This document shows, one piece after another, positions 25,001 to 33,154 of a stretch of DNA of 55,420 nt. The number at the start of each line of letters is the position of its first letter. The stretch's first letter is position 1. Where the stretch lies: positions 1 through 55,420 of the forward strand of contig MVZH01000002.1 in NCBI GenBank assembly GCA_002068325.1, in the 5' to 3' direction. The notes under the pieces were generated by a model that saw nothing but the letters and a program-made list of their open reading frames with translations, was not told where the DNA came from and made no database searches. The stretch is from Lentisphaerae bacterium ADurb.BinA184 (GTDB lineage Bacteria; Verrucomicrobiota; Lentisphaeria; Oligosphaerales; MVZH01). The translations under genes and the position numbers were made by a program.

Positions 25001-28000
25001 CCGCCGCCTGCATGACCCGGCCGCGGCGCGTGCACAGCCGGATCAGATCGTCGAAGGCCAGCACGCCCGCGGCGTGCAGCGCGGACAGCTCGCCGAAGCT
25101 GTGCCCGCCGGCCATCGCCGGGCGCAGGCCGTAACCGCGCAGGGTCTGCCAGGCCAGCGCCTCCGCCACCGCCAGCGCGGGCTGCGCGCAGTCGGCCGAC
25201 CGCAGGGTCTCGATGCGCTGCAGAATCTCCTGCGGGGTGAATCCGGCCGGAGGGTAGAGAACCGCCGACAGCGCGGTGGGAAGCTCGGTCGCGGCGGTGG
25301 CGTCGGCCGTCTCGATGAGGCGGACGGCGTCGCGGTTGCCGAGGGCGAGCTCGCGGAACATATCGATCCGCTGTGACCCCAGGCCGGGGAAGACGACCGC
25401 CACGCATGGCGGCGCGGCCAGTGCGCCCTCTCCCCAGGCGCAGCCTTCGACGCCGCCGGGATCTCCCGCGTCCAGGCGGGCGACGACCTCGGCCAGGCGG
25501 GTGCGCAGCGTCGCCACGTCCGGCGCCGTCAGGGCGAGTCGTACGGCGGCCGCCTTGCCCGAGGCGCGGCGGCGGTGCGACTCGTCAAGATGGCAGCTGG
25601 CGGCGAGGCGTTCGAGGCTGGGCAGAGCCTCGGCGGCGAGGGCGGCGTTCAGGGTTTCAAGCCGCTCCCGCAGCTCGCCCCGCGACGGCGCCTGCCAGGC
25701 GAACAGTTCGACCGGCGGCGCCGACAGGTTCGGCGGCGGCGGCTGGGCCGGGGAGGCGAACTCCTCAAGAACAAGGTGGTAGTTGGTGCCGCCGAAGCCG
25801 AAGGCGCTGACGCCGGCCCGGCGCGGGTGATCCCCGCGGCGGATCCACGGCCGCAACGCCGTGTTGATGTAGAAGTGGCTCCCTGCGGCCAGCCCGCGCG
25901 GGTTGGGGGTGCGCACGTTCACCGTCGGCGGGAGCACCTGTTGCGAGAGCGCCAGCGTGGCCTTGATCAGGCCCGCCAGGCCGGCCACCGTCTTGGTGTG
26001 CCCAAGGTTGGACTTGACCGAGCCGACCGCGCAACGCCCCGGCCCGCCCGCCGTGGCGGGGACAAACTCGTCCAGCGCCTGCAGCTCGATGCGGTCGCCG
26101 AGGCTGGTGCTGGTGGCGTGGGCCTCGATGAGCTCGACGGTGTCGGGGGCCAGGCCGGCGTCGTCGTACGCCCTCTGCAACGCCAGCTTGATGGATGCCT
26201 TGGCCGGGGCGGTCAGGCTGGCCTCGCGGCCGTCGCTGGAGAATCCCACCCCGCGGATGACGGCGTAGATGCGGTCGCCGTCGCGCACGGCGTCGTCGAG
26301 GCGTTTGAGGAGGACGGCGGCGGCGCCCTCGGCCAGCACGATGCCGTCGGCGCTCTCGTCGAACGGGCAGCTCACGTCGCGCGGGGAGAGGGCCTGGGTG
26401 CGCGAGAAGGCCGTGTAGGCGAACGGGCCCATGCCGCGGTCGACGCCGCCGACCAGGACGGCGTCGCTGGCGCCCGCCCGCAGGAGGGCCACGGCGTGCG
26501 CGAGGGCGGCCAGCGAGGAGGCGCAGGCCGCGTCAATGATGAGGTTCTCGCCGTGCAGGTCGAGCAGATTGGCGACGCGGCCGGCAGTCAGGTTGGGCAG
26601 GAAACCGGGGAAGCTGTCCTCGGTCCACTCCGGCAGGACGGCGCGGAAGGCCGCCAGGACCTGCTCACGGGCGCGCTCGCCGAGAGCCGTCTGCGACAGC
26701 AGGTGCGGCAGGCTGCTGCGGAGGCCGTAGCCGAGCCCGAGGTTGTCCTGGCCGGAATTGGTGAATACGGCCGAGACGCGGCTGCGCTCCAGGGGCCGCG
26801 AGCCGTAGCCGGCGTCTTCAAGGGCGCGCCGGGCCACCACCAGCGACAGCAGCTGCACCGTGCTGATGGCCTTGACGGCGACTGGCGGAATCCGGTACTC
26901 GACGGGATCGAAGACGACGGGGTCGAGGAAGCTGCCCTTGCGGCTGTAGATGTGTTCGGGGGCCTTGCGGTCGGGGTCATAGTAGAGGCTGGCGTCGAAC
27001 AGCTCGGCCGGGACGTCCCGGATGGCGTTGAAGCCCCGCTGGATGTTCTGCCAGTATTCGCGCGTGCCGGGTGACTGCGGGAAGAGGGCGCTCATGCCGA
27101 CGATGGCGATGGGGGCGGGTGGCGGGCGCGTCCGTGCGGCCGGGGGAGGGCGGGGCGACCGTCCCGCCCAGGCGTCAAGGCGCCCGGCCGATTCGGTGCA
27201 GAGGCCGTGATGCAGCTCGGCGAGCGTCAGCGGCGTGTCACGGAGGATCGCGGCCTGCCCGAGCATGAACAGTCCCTGGTCGCGCTGGATGTCGGGCGGG
27301 GCCGCAACCAGGGCGGCGGAGTCGTCGAGAAACCGTTGCGGCTCTTCGGCGCCCTCCTCGGCGGCGGCGCGGCGCACCCCCTTGGCGGCGAGGCGGAGCC
27401 GGCCGAGGGTGAGCTTTTCGAGGCGGAGGCGGGTTTCGCCGTCGCCGAGCCCGGCCTCGATGAGGCGTTGGCGGCTCTCATCGAACGCGTGGGCGAAGGG
27501 GGTGTCGGCGCAGCGCATTTCGTGTCCCGGGCCGGTGCACAGCAGCCGGGTACGGGTGCAGGCGAGGGCGGTCGCCTGGAACGATGCGGTCAGCGCGCCG
27601 GTCTTCACGCACTCGCGGGTGAAAAGGTATGGGGTTCCCAGCAGTAGTCCGACCTTGACCCCGCGTTCGGCCAGCGGGGCCGCCAGCACGGCCAGCATGG
27701 CGGCGGAGAGGCGGTCGTGGAGCCCGCCGGCGAAGAGGACTTCGAGGTCGGCGGCTGTGTGGTCGGGCAGCGCGGCGACGATGTCGAGGACGTGGCGCCA
27801 CAGCGGGAAGGCGAACAGGGGGCCGACATGGCCGCCGCACTCGCGGCCCTCAAAGACGAAGCGCCGGCAACCGGCGGCGAGGTGGTCGCGGAACAGCCCC
27901 GGTGTGGGCGCATGGAGGAAGGCTTTGATGCCAGCCCCCTCGAAGGCGGCGGCCTGATCGGGCCGGCCGCCGGCCAGGATGACGGCCCGCGGCTGTGCTT

Positions 28001-29189
28001 CGCACACGCATCCGGCCTGTTCGCGGTAGAGCGCGGGCGGCAGGAAGCCGAGGATGCCCGCGGCCCACGGTTGCCCGCCGACGGCCTCACGCGTGCGGGC
28101 AAACAGCTCGCGGATGCGGGCTGGCGTCAACACGCCGAGGGCAAGGCAGCTCAGCGCCCCGGCCTCGCTGACGGCGCGGGCGAACTCGGGGCAGTCGCTG
28201 ACCCGCGTCATGGGGCCCTGGACGATCGGCAGGGCCGTGCCGAGGCTGGCGGCCACGCCATGGCCCGGGGCCAGAATGCGCTGGCGCGCGGCCAGGGCCG
28301 GGAGGCGCGCCGCGGCGCCGCGGAAGCCCTCGAGAATGCCGGCGAGGCTGGCGCCTTGCCGGGCGAGGGAAGCGGCCAGCCCCATGCCTTGCCCAACCTC
28401 GAAAGGGTAGAGCGAAGCCAACGCCAGCGGCTGGAAGCCTGGCACGGCCACGCGCAGTTCCGTGCCGCGGCTGACGGTGTCGGCGAGGGCGGCGGCGGAC
28501 GGCAGGATGCGGGGGATCCACGTGCGGTAGTGGCGGTTGGAGCGGTCGTGCAGGCAGGAGGTCTCCGTCCCGTCCGCCTGCATGAAGAGCGAGCGCAGCG
28601 TGTCGGGCATCGCCATCTCACGGGCCAGCCAGAGCTCCTCGCGCAGGCAGATGCCGCATCCGGCGGCGCGGGCCGCCGCGGCGGTCTCCGGCGACCACGC
28701 ACCCTCGATCCACACCGGGGCCCTGAACCGCGGCGCCATCTGCGCCAGCACGAAGGAGGAGAGTTCCGCGTTGAAGCCGCCCGCCTCGCCCGCCTTCAGC
28801 ACCAGTCCCTCCGCCCCGGCCGCCAGGTACGCCGGCCCGTTCTCGGGAACATGGCACTCGACGAGGACACGCCCCGCGCGAGGGCGTGCCAGCCCGACGG
28901 CCCCGGCCACCGCGGCCGGCTCGGCGGCCTCCTCGCAGATGACGACGACCGGGATCCGGGCCGGCACCCCTTCGGCGGCCAGCCACTCGCCCGCCGTGGC
29001 CGCCGGCACGGCTAGCCCCCACGAGGAGTCCGGCGGCATCGGGGCGAAGCAGGCCTCCAGGGCCGTCCGTCCGGGCGGTGGCTCGGCGCCGGCTTGGGCG
29101 ATGGCGACGGCACCGCAACGGCCGGCCGCCGCCAGGGCGTAGCGGCACTCCGGCCGCAACGGTAGCATCACGATTTCGGTCTCGGTCAT
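22074..29189 (-). CDS. PKS / PUFA-synthase-like subunit A: tandem NMO-type enoyl reductase, KS, AT, single ACP, KR
   Basis: A 2371-aa ORF. All catalytic motifs are present (see the sub-features). Confidence 0.9.
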   Translation of the reverse strand: MTETEIVMLPLRPECRYALAAAGRCGAVAIAQAGAEPPPGRTALEACFAPMPPDSSWGLAVPAATAGEWLAAEGVPARIPVVVICEEAAEPAAVAGAVGLARPRAGRVLVECHVPENGPAYLAAGAEGLVLKAGEAGGFNAELSSFVLAQMAPRFRAPVWIEGAWSPETAAAARAAGCGICLREELWLAREMAMPDTLRSLFMQADGTETSCLHDRSNRHYRTWIPRILPSAAALADTVSRGTELRVAVPGFQPLALASLYPFEVGQGMGLAASLARQGASLAGILEGFRGAAARLPALAARQRILAPGHGVAASLGTALPIVQGPMTRVSDCPEFARAVSEAGALSCLALGVLTPARIRELFARTREAVGGQPWAAGILGFLPPALYREQAGCVCEAQPRAVILAGGRPDQAAAFEGAGIKAFLHAPTPGLFRDHLAAGCRRFVFEGRECGGHVGPLFAFPLWRHVLDIVAALPDHTAADLEVLFAGGLHDRLSAAMLAVLAAPLAERGVKVGLLLGTPYLFTRECVKTGALTASFQATALACTRTRLLCTGPGHEMRCADTPFAHAFDESRQRLIEAGLGDGETRLRLEKLTLGRLRLAAKGVRRAAAEEGAEEPQRFLDDSAALVAAPPDIQRDQGLFMLGQAAILRDTPLTLAELHHGLCTESAGRLDAWAGRSPRPPPAARTRPPPAPIAIVGMSALFPQSPGTREYWQNIQRGFNAIRDVPAELFDASLYYDPDRKAPEHIYSRKGSFLDPVVFDPVEYRIPPVAVKAISTVQLLSLVVARRALEDAGYGSRPLERSRVSAVFTNSGQDNLGLGYGLRSSLPHLLSQTALGERAREQVLAAFRAVLPEWTEDSFPGFLPNLTAGRVANLLDLHGENLIIDAACASSLAALAHAVALLRAGASDAVLVGGVDRGMGPFAYTAFSRTQALSPRDVSCPFDESADGIVLAEGAAAVLLKRLDDAVRDGDRIYAVIRGVGFSSDGREASLTAPAKASIKLALQRAYDDAGLAPDTVELIEAHATSTSLGDRIELQALDEFVPATAGGPGRCAVGSVKSNLGHTKTVAGLAGLIKATLALSQQVLPPTVNVRTPNPRGLAAGSHFYINTALRPWIRRGDHPRRAGVSAFGFGGTNYHLVLEEFASPAQPPPPNLSAPPVELFAWQAPSRGELRERLETLNAALAAEALPSLERLAASCHLDESHRRRASGKAAAVRLALTAPDVATLRTRLAEVVARLDAGDPGGVEGCAWGEGALAAPPCVAVVFPGLGSQRIDMFRELALGNRDAVRLIETADATAATELPTALSAVLYPPAGFTPQEILQRIETLRSADCAQPALAVAEALAWQTLRGYGLRPAMAGGHSFGELSALHAAGVLAFDDLIRLCTRRGRVMQAAAAAIPGGMAAVMADRETVAAVLAEVGGGVGAANFNAPRQVVVSGPEAGLAAVCARFEAQGVRCVRLAVSGAFHSPAMRPAARQLADFQAGLAFGRPAIPVYSNVTAAPYEGSAGRMAHLLCRHITEPVAFAAMIERMHDDGARLFVELGPGNILSRLIDEILAGRPHRCLPLDTGDSDSRIGLARLLAALVAEGAEIELSPWFANRGLEPVPLATLLKDEEAARRPTPTRHVITLTDTVPWADFAARSEAGSRRPARAAAPAGLDSVLGDAVLPAAPVPQLPAIALPPELAPLPVAPAPAPAPTAPPPSVPVATPDAGATPPTATFRADLIEALSARTGYPKDMLDPSLPLESGLGIDSIKVMELFAQLKPYHPVLLGEGRPQEDLLVDFMQLKTLNDIVAYYDRRRALSPASPEATKPAGRDTPALSPSPAPPPATVQRQVLSAQPVRLDSDESLDAIIAGADGRGVLIVGDSPRLARFPGFEDGAAPVPVWRLSHGEAFRRVGERRLTADLLSRDSLTAAAEALRSDPAFSVGTLLNLLPLVFAPAGGEAPPARQATELTAALFNVAAVFEPELRRAGRPATLLTVTGLDGTFGLSRAADLRWPQAAAAGFTKSLAREWPEARAAIIDVAPDAPPGQTLIGLLAAARDAAGTETGVRTDRFVRPVLTETTPGNRGLDVRADSVVLAVGGAYGVTATMLAELATQAPATFILTGRTPLPDGPEPAATHGIEDEASLRQALIAEARAAGAAPPPAHVEPILRNLLRQRNIRHTIAALSAAGARVEYHAVDGRDAGRLAAFLDALYARFGRLDLVIHAAGILHDGPLTSRPPDALAEVIESKLIPAQVLAGSLRPETLRGLVFFSSAAARFGNAFQADYAAANECLNKLAEALAGRWPHVTVKAINWGPLAGGMVHAPLQALMRARGIEPLPLAAAAQALLRELRDRSGPVEVVIGATLDKLSQITGVPQDRAMME
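22140..23672 (-). other. Ketoreductase domain (structural plus catalytic subdomains)
   Basis: VVLAVGGAYGVTATMLAELA is the Rossmann motif. FSSAAARFGNAFQADYAAANECL carries the catalytic Tyr in YAAAN. Confidence 0.75.
23790..24032 (-). other. Single acyl carrier protein domain
   Basis: LESGLGIDSIKVMELF carries Ser1755 (codon checked at 23925-23927). An Ala/Pro-rich linker precedes it. Only one such motif occurs in the protein. Confidence 0.85.
24510..25406 (-). other. Acyltransferase domain (active)
   Basis: VVFPGLGSQ is present. GGHSFGELSALHAAG carries Ser1364 (AGC codon checked at 25098-25100). VSGAFHSPAM is also present. Confidence 0.85.
25755..27113 (-). other. Ketosynthase domain (active)
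   Basis: IAIVGMSALFPQSPGTREYWQNI is the KS N-terminus. IIDAACASSLAAL carries Cys889 (TGC codon checked at 26523-26525). EAHATSTSLGD and GSVKSNLGHTKTVAG supply the two His residues. Confidence 0.85.
27360..29189 (-). other. Tandem nitronate-monooxygenase-type (PfaD-like) enoyl-reductase region; first copy degenerate
   Basis: The second copy has ALPIVQGPMTRVSD and FEGRECGGHVGP, which are PfaD / trans-ER hallmarks. The first copy has LKAGEAGGFNAELSSFVL, an EAGGH-like motif with His replaced by Phe. Confidence 0.6.
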
Positions 29190-29267
29190 ATCCCACTCGC
29201 AACGGGGCCGCGGTTCGGTGACGTCAGGCCCGCACCATACGTGGCCGGACGGACGGTGTCAATCGGG

Positions 29268-29291
29268 TGAGGCTCCTGCAGAACCCCGCGG
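29268..29291 (+). repeat. Dispersed repeat TGAGGCTCCTGCAGAACCCCGCGG (copy 1)
   Basis: It matches 30406-30430 (TGAGGCTCTTGCAGAACCCCCGCGG) with one mismatch and one 1-nt indel. Weaker similarity (GACCTCCGT-containing segment) continues for about 70 nt. Confidence 0.55.
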
Positions 29292-29441
29292 CCCGTTGAA
29301 GCCGGTCCGCCAGCCTGGGTGCGTACCCGTTGGTGTACCGACCTCCGTCGGCCCCGGGGCGACTTTCCCCGCTGCACGGGGAAGGTTCGGCAAGAACCTC
29401 GGGTGGTCTTGGGGGGAGGGCCGCACACGGTTGGACCGGGC

Positions 29442-30227
29442 TCAGTTGACTTCCTTGTCGAGCATGGTCCAGCTGGGGAAGGACCAGTAGTATTGGCAGG
29501 GCCAGCCGAGGTAGTAGTTCGGCCAGGCGTCGGGGCTGGTGGGATAGGTGAAGCGGCGGAAGTTGCGTTGCCAGACGCCGGAGCCGTCGTGGCGGATGGC
29601 ATTGCCGCCGACCTTGTGGGCCCAGTAGTTGGGGTTGACGACCCAGGCTTCGGTCTCAATGGCGAAGGTTCCGGGGTAGGTTCCGCCCCAGTTCGTGCCG
29701 AAGCTGGCGTCGTCGGCCAGCAGGGTGGCGGTGTTGTAGACATCGAGCACGCGCACGGGCCGCGAGACGGTCTGGTTGCAGCCGGCGAAGTCGCTGTTGC
29801 TGTTCCATCGGTAGTTGTAGTGGGTCCAGCCGTACATGTGAATGCCGAAGCCGCGTCCGGCGGGGACGCTCTTCTTGGCCGGGCAGCGCAGGTTGCGGGT
29901 GGTGATGTAGCCCAGGCTGTGGGCGACGCCCCAGCCGTCGAGCTCGCCGTCGGCGGAGAACTCGGCGAACTGCCGTCCGACCCACGGCAGGTAGTCGTTC
30001 TGCTGGGCGGTGGGCGGCTCGCCGTCGTAATCGGTCGCGTAGTTCATCATGCCGGCGTGGATCTGGCGGAGGTTGGACAGGCAGCTGACGGCCTTGGCCA
30101 ACTCGCGGCTGCGCGAGAGGGCCGGCAGCAGCAGCGCCGCCAGGATGGCGATGATCGCGATGACGACAAGGAGCTCGATCAGCGTGAAGGGGGCCGAGTC
30201 CCGTCGCCGATGAAGGGTGTGCGCCAT
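29442..30227 (-). CDS. DUF1559 / prepilin-type N-terminal cleavage-methylation domain protein
   Basis: The N-terminus is [56 protein letters not shown]. The gene lies directly upstream of PKS subunit A and is co-directional with it. Confidence 0.85.
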   Translation of the reverse strand: MAHTLHRRRDSAPFTLIELLVVIAIIAILAALLLPALSRSRELAKAVSCLSNLRQIHAGMMNYATDYDGEPPTAQQNDYLPWVGRQFAEFSADGELDGWGVAHSLGYITTRNLRCPAKKSVPAGRGFGIHMYGWTHYNYRWNSNSDFAGCNQTVSRPVRVLDVYNTATLLADDASFGTNWGGTYPGTFAIETEAWVVNPNYWAHKVGGNAIRHDGSGVWQRNFRRFTYPTSPDAWPNYYLGWPCQYYWSFPSWTMLDKEVN

Positions 30228-30405
30228 GGCAGGCTACTATCCGCCGGGATGCCCGCCGTGTCAAGCCGCCCGCCCCGGGCCCTTTGCGCCGGGGACGGAT
30301 TGCAAACAGGTGTTCGTCGGCTTAACTTATCTGGATCATCGGCTTTGCGAAACCCGCCGTAGGGGCTTTGGGCTATGGGCGACCTTTGGATGTGCAGTAG
30401 TTGCT

Positions 30406-30430
30406 TGAGGCTCTTGCAGAACCCCCGCGG
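30406..30430 (+). repeat. Dispersed repeat TGAGGCTCTTGCAGAACCCCCGCGG (copy 2)
   Basis: See 29268-29291. This copy lies inside the 5' extension of the listed TolC-like ORF (30375..). Confidence 0.55.
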
Positions 30431-30449
30431 ACGACAACGGCCTCGTGCG

Positions 30450-32165
30450 ATGGAGGGCGGACCTCCGTGTCCGCCAGGTCATACGCGAAGACCCGGTCTG
30501 ACGCGGACGAACCCGGACGACACGGAGGTCGTCCCTCCAGCCCGGCAGACGGCAATCCTGGGCGAGGCCGATGGAAGCCGGGGGGGCGTCCCAGCCACTC
30601 ACGCCTGGGTTCTGCAAGCGGCTTGCTTGGTTTGCCTGGCACTGGCCGTGAGCCTGACCGTCCCGCCGGCGGCGGTCGCGGACGAGCCGCCGGCGCCCCT
30701 GCCGGCGCAGGACCTGGGCCTGCGCGACTACCTGCAACAGGTGGTTGACCGCAACCTGGGCGTGATCGGGCAGCGCCTCGAACACCAGGCGCGGGTCTGG
30801 CAGGTGCGGCGGGAATGGGCCGCGTTCGAGCCGGAACTCGTCACCTCGGCCGAGCACCGGCGCACGGAGCGCGAAAACAACACCGAGCAGGCGCTGAACC
30901 AGAGCTCGTCGCTGTTCGCCGAGAGGCGCGACGGCCTCAAGTCCGGCGTCGAAGGGCTGCTGCCGATGGGCACCCAGTACCGCGTCGGCGTCACCTGGGA
31001 CCGGATCGCCAACAACCTGACCCGAACCACCACGGCCGACCGCTGGGAGGACGAGTACCAAGCCTTCACCGGCATCAGCCTGACGCAGCCTCTGCTACGG
31101 AACTTCGGGCCGCAGGCGACCCTGGCGCGCATTCATATGGCGGCGGCCGACGCCGAGGTCGCACGCCAGGAATTGCGCAAGCAGCTCATGGCCCTGGTCG
31201 GGCGTGCCGAGGCCGCATACTGGGACACGGCCTACGCCCAGGAGGATCTGGCCACGCGGCTGGAGTCGGCCGGCCGTGCCGAACGCATCCTGCGCGACAA
31301 CCGCGAGCGCGTGCAGGCGGGCAAGATGTCGGAGCTGGAAATCTTTGAGGCGGAGGCCGGGCTGGCGCAGCGCGAGGCCCTCGCCCGCGAGGCCGAGCAG
31401 AACCTGGCCGCGGCGGTCAACCAGCTGCGCACCTTCCTCTCGGCCAGCTGCGCCGAACAGCCGGCCCCGATCCGCGCCACCGACACGCCGGAGGAATCGC
31501 CGACCGACGGCGACCGCGCCGCCAGCCTCACCCGCGCCATGACTCTCCACCCCGACTACCTGGCGCAGCGGCAGACGATCGAACAGGAGAACGTCCGCCT
31601 GGCCTTTGCCCGCAACCAGCGCTGGCCGCAGCTCGACTTGGTGGCCAGCTACGGCCTCAACGGACTGGGCGACACCACGGGCGGCGCCGCCGCCGACATC
31701 AGCAGCTCGGACTTCGAGGCCTGGTCGGTGGCGCTCGAACTGCGCGTGCCCCTGGGCGGCGGGCAGCGGGCGCGCAGCGAACTGGAGACCGCCCGCCTGC
31801 GCAAGCAGAAGGCGATCCTCGAACTGAAGTCCATCGAGGTCGAGCTGGCCAACGCCCTCGATACGGTGCGAGGGCGCCTGCAGGCCGTGCGCGGCCTGAT
31901 CGCCGGCTACGGCAAGGTCGCCGAGTTCCGTGAAAAGACCCTGGCGGCCGAGATGGCGCGGCTGGACGGCGGCAAGAGCGACAGCCGCAAGGTGCTGCAG
32001 GCCGAGCAGGACCTCGTCGAGGCCCGCCTTATGAAGCTGAAAAGCCTGGTGGACCTGCAGAAGGCCCGCATTGATCTCGAACTGACCGAGGGGGCCATCC
32101 TCGAGAAGCTCGGGTTCGAACCCGTGCTGGACGACGACGCGGGCGGAGGCCCTGCATCCCTGTGA
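30450..32165 (+). CDS. TolC-family outer membrane efflux protein
   Basis: The protein has two repeated halves with typical OEP patterns (LGLRDYLQQVVDRNLGV..., LTRAMTLHPDYLAQRQTIEQENVRLAFARNQRWPQLDLVASYGLNG). The start is uncertain (ATG 30375 or 30450). The hydrophobic signal-like segment AACLVCLALAVSL begins about 55 codons after 30450. Confidence 0.75.
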   Translation: MEGGPPCPPGHTRRPGLTRTNPDDTEVVPPARQTAILGEADGSRGGVPATHAWVLQAACLVCLALAVSLTVPPAAVADEPPAPLPAQDLGLRDYLQQVVDRNLGVIGQRLEHQARVWQVRREWAAFEPELVTSAEHRRTERENNTEQALNQSSSLFAERRDGLKSGVEGLLPMGTQYRVGVTWDRIANNLTRTTTADRWEDEYQAFTGISLTQPLLRNFGPQATLARIHMAAADAEVARQELRKQLMALVGRAEAAYWDTAYAQEDLATRLESAGRAERILRDNRERVQAGKMSELEIFEAEAGLAQREALAREAEQNLAAAVNQLRTFLSASCAEQPAPIRATDTPEESPTDGDRAASLTRAMTLHPDYLAQRQTIEQENVRLAFARNQRWPQLDLVASYGLNGLGDTTGGAAADISSSDFEAWSVALELRVPLGGGQRARSELETARLRKQKAILELKSIEVELANALDTVRGRLQAVRGLIAGYGKVAEFREKTLAAEMARLDGGKSDSRKVLQAEQDLVEARLMKLKSLVDLQKARIDLELTEGAILEKLGFEPVLDDDAGGGPASL

Positions 32166-32329
32166 CGCCCGGCCGCCCGCGCACCCGTCCGTGCGGACGA
32201 TGGCGCGGTCGGTGGCCGTTTGTCTGCACCGTTTCCGAATGGTCGTGGGCGGCCGCCGCGGGGAGTTGCCGGCCGGCGACGTCTCCCGGCACTGCCAACC
32301 CCCGACCCTGTACTGGAGCGAGGACGCCA

Positions 32330-33154
32330 GTGAAGGCAAGCGTGGTTCGATCTGTTTCGGCGGGCGCGCTGGCCCTGGTCTGCGCCGTCCCGGCCTTGGC
32401 TGAGACTGTGATCGGGGTGACGCGCCCGTTCCGCGACGCGACCCTCAGCGCGGCGGTTCCCGGCGCCGTGGTCGAGGTGACGGTCAAGCCGGGGGCGGCG
32501 GTGAAGAAGGGCGACGTGCTGGTCCGGCTCGACAGCCGCCTCGAAGAGCTCGAAGTGGCGCGGCGGCGGCAGCAGGCCGAAAGCCAGGTCGAGATCGAAG
32601 CCGCGAAGGCGCGGGTGGCGACGCTCAAGACCGATCTCGACGGCACCCGCCGGCTGTTCGAGACGACCCAGTCGGTCAGCAAGGACGACTTGGACAAGAA
32701 GGAGCTGGAGTTCCGGCTGGCGGAGGCCGAGCTGAGCCAGCTCGCCGTCGCCGAGGAGCGCGAACGGATCGAGTGCGAAATGGCCGAGGCGCAGCTGGAG
32801 AAGCGGGCCGTGAGGGCGCCGTTCGACGGCATTGTGACGCGGGTCGAGATCGAGGAGGGCGAGGTCTGCGGGCCGGAGCGGCCGTTGCTGCGGCTGGTGG
32901 ATGTCACCAGTGTCTACTTCACCGCCAGCCTCGATGCCCGGCTGACGCCGGGGCTGAGCCTCGGCCAGGAGCTGGCCGTGCGCGTCGAGAATGACGGCGA
33001 CCCGCTCGGGCGCGTCGGGACGGTCGAGTTCATCTCGCCGGTGGTGGATGCCGCCAGCGGCCTGCAGGACATCCGGGTGCGCTTTGCCAACCCCGACGGG
33101 CGCGTGCGCCCCGGGCTGTCGGCCACCGTCGAACTGGGAGCCACGCCGCAATGA
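32330..33154 (+). CDS. HlyD-family membrane fusion (periplasmic adaptor) protein
   Basis: An internal GTG start follows GGAGCGAGG. The signal-like segment is VKASVVRSVSAGALALVCAVPALA. The lipoyl-like hairpins are VVEVTVKPGAAVKKGDVLVRLD and VRAPFDGIVTRVEIEEGEV, with a coiled coil between them. Confidence 0.8.
   Translation: MKASVVRSVSAGALALVCAVPALAETVIGVTRPFRDATLSAAVPGAVVEVTVKPGAAVKKGDVLVRLDSRLEELEVARRRQQAESQVEIEAAKARVATLKTDLDGTRRLFETTQSVSKDDLDKKELEFRLAEAELSQLAVAEERERIECEMAEAQLEKRAVRAPFDGIVTRVEIEEGEVCGPERPLLRLVDVTSVYFTASLDARLTPGLSLGQELAVRVENDGDPLGRVGTVEFISPVVDAASGLQDIRVRFANPDGRVRPGLSATVELGATPQ

Noticed and set aside
29186-29743. ORF 29186..29743 (-, 185 aa), which bridges the DUF1559 gene and PKS subunit A
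   Set aside because: It is out of frame with the DUF1559 gene it overlaps, it is Pro/Thr/Arg-rich, and it spans the repeat-containing spacer. It is a shadow ORF.
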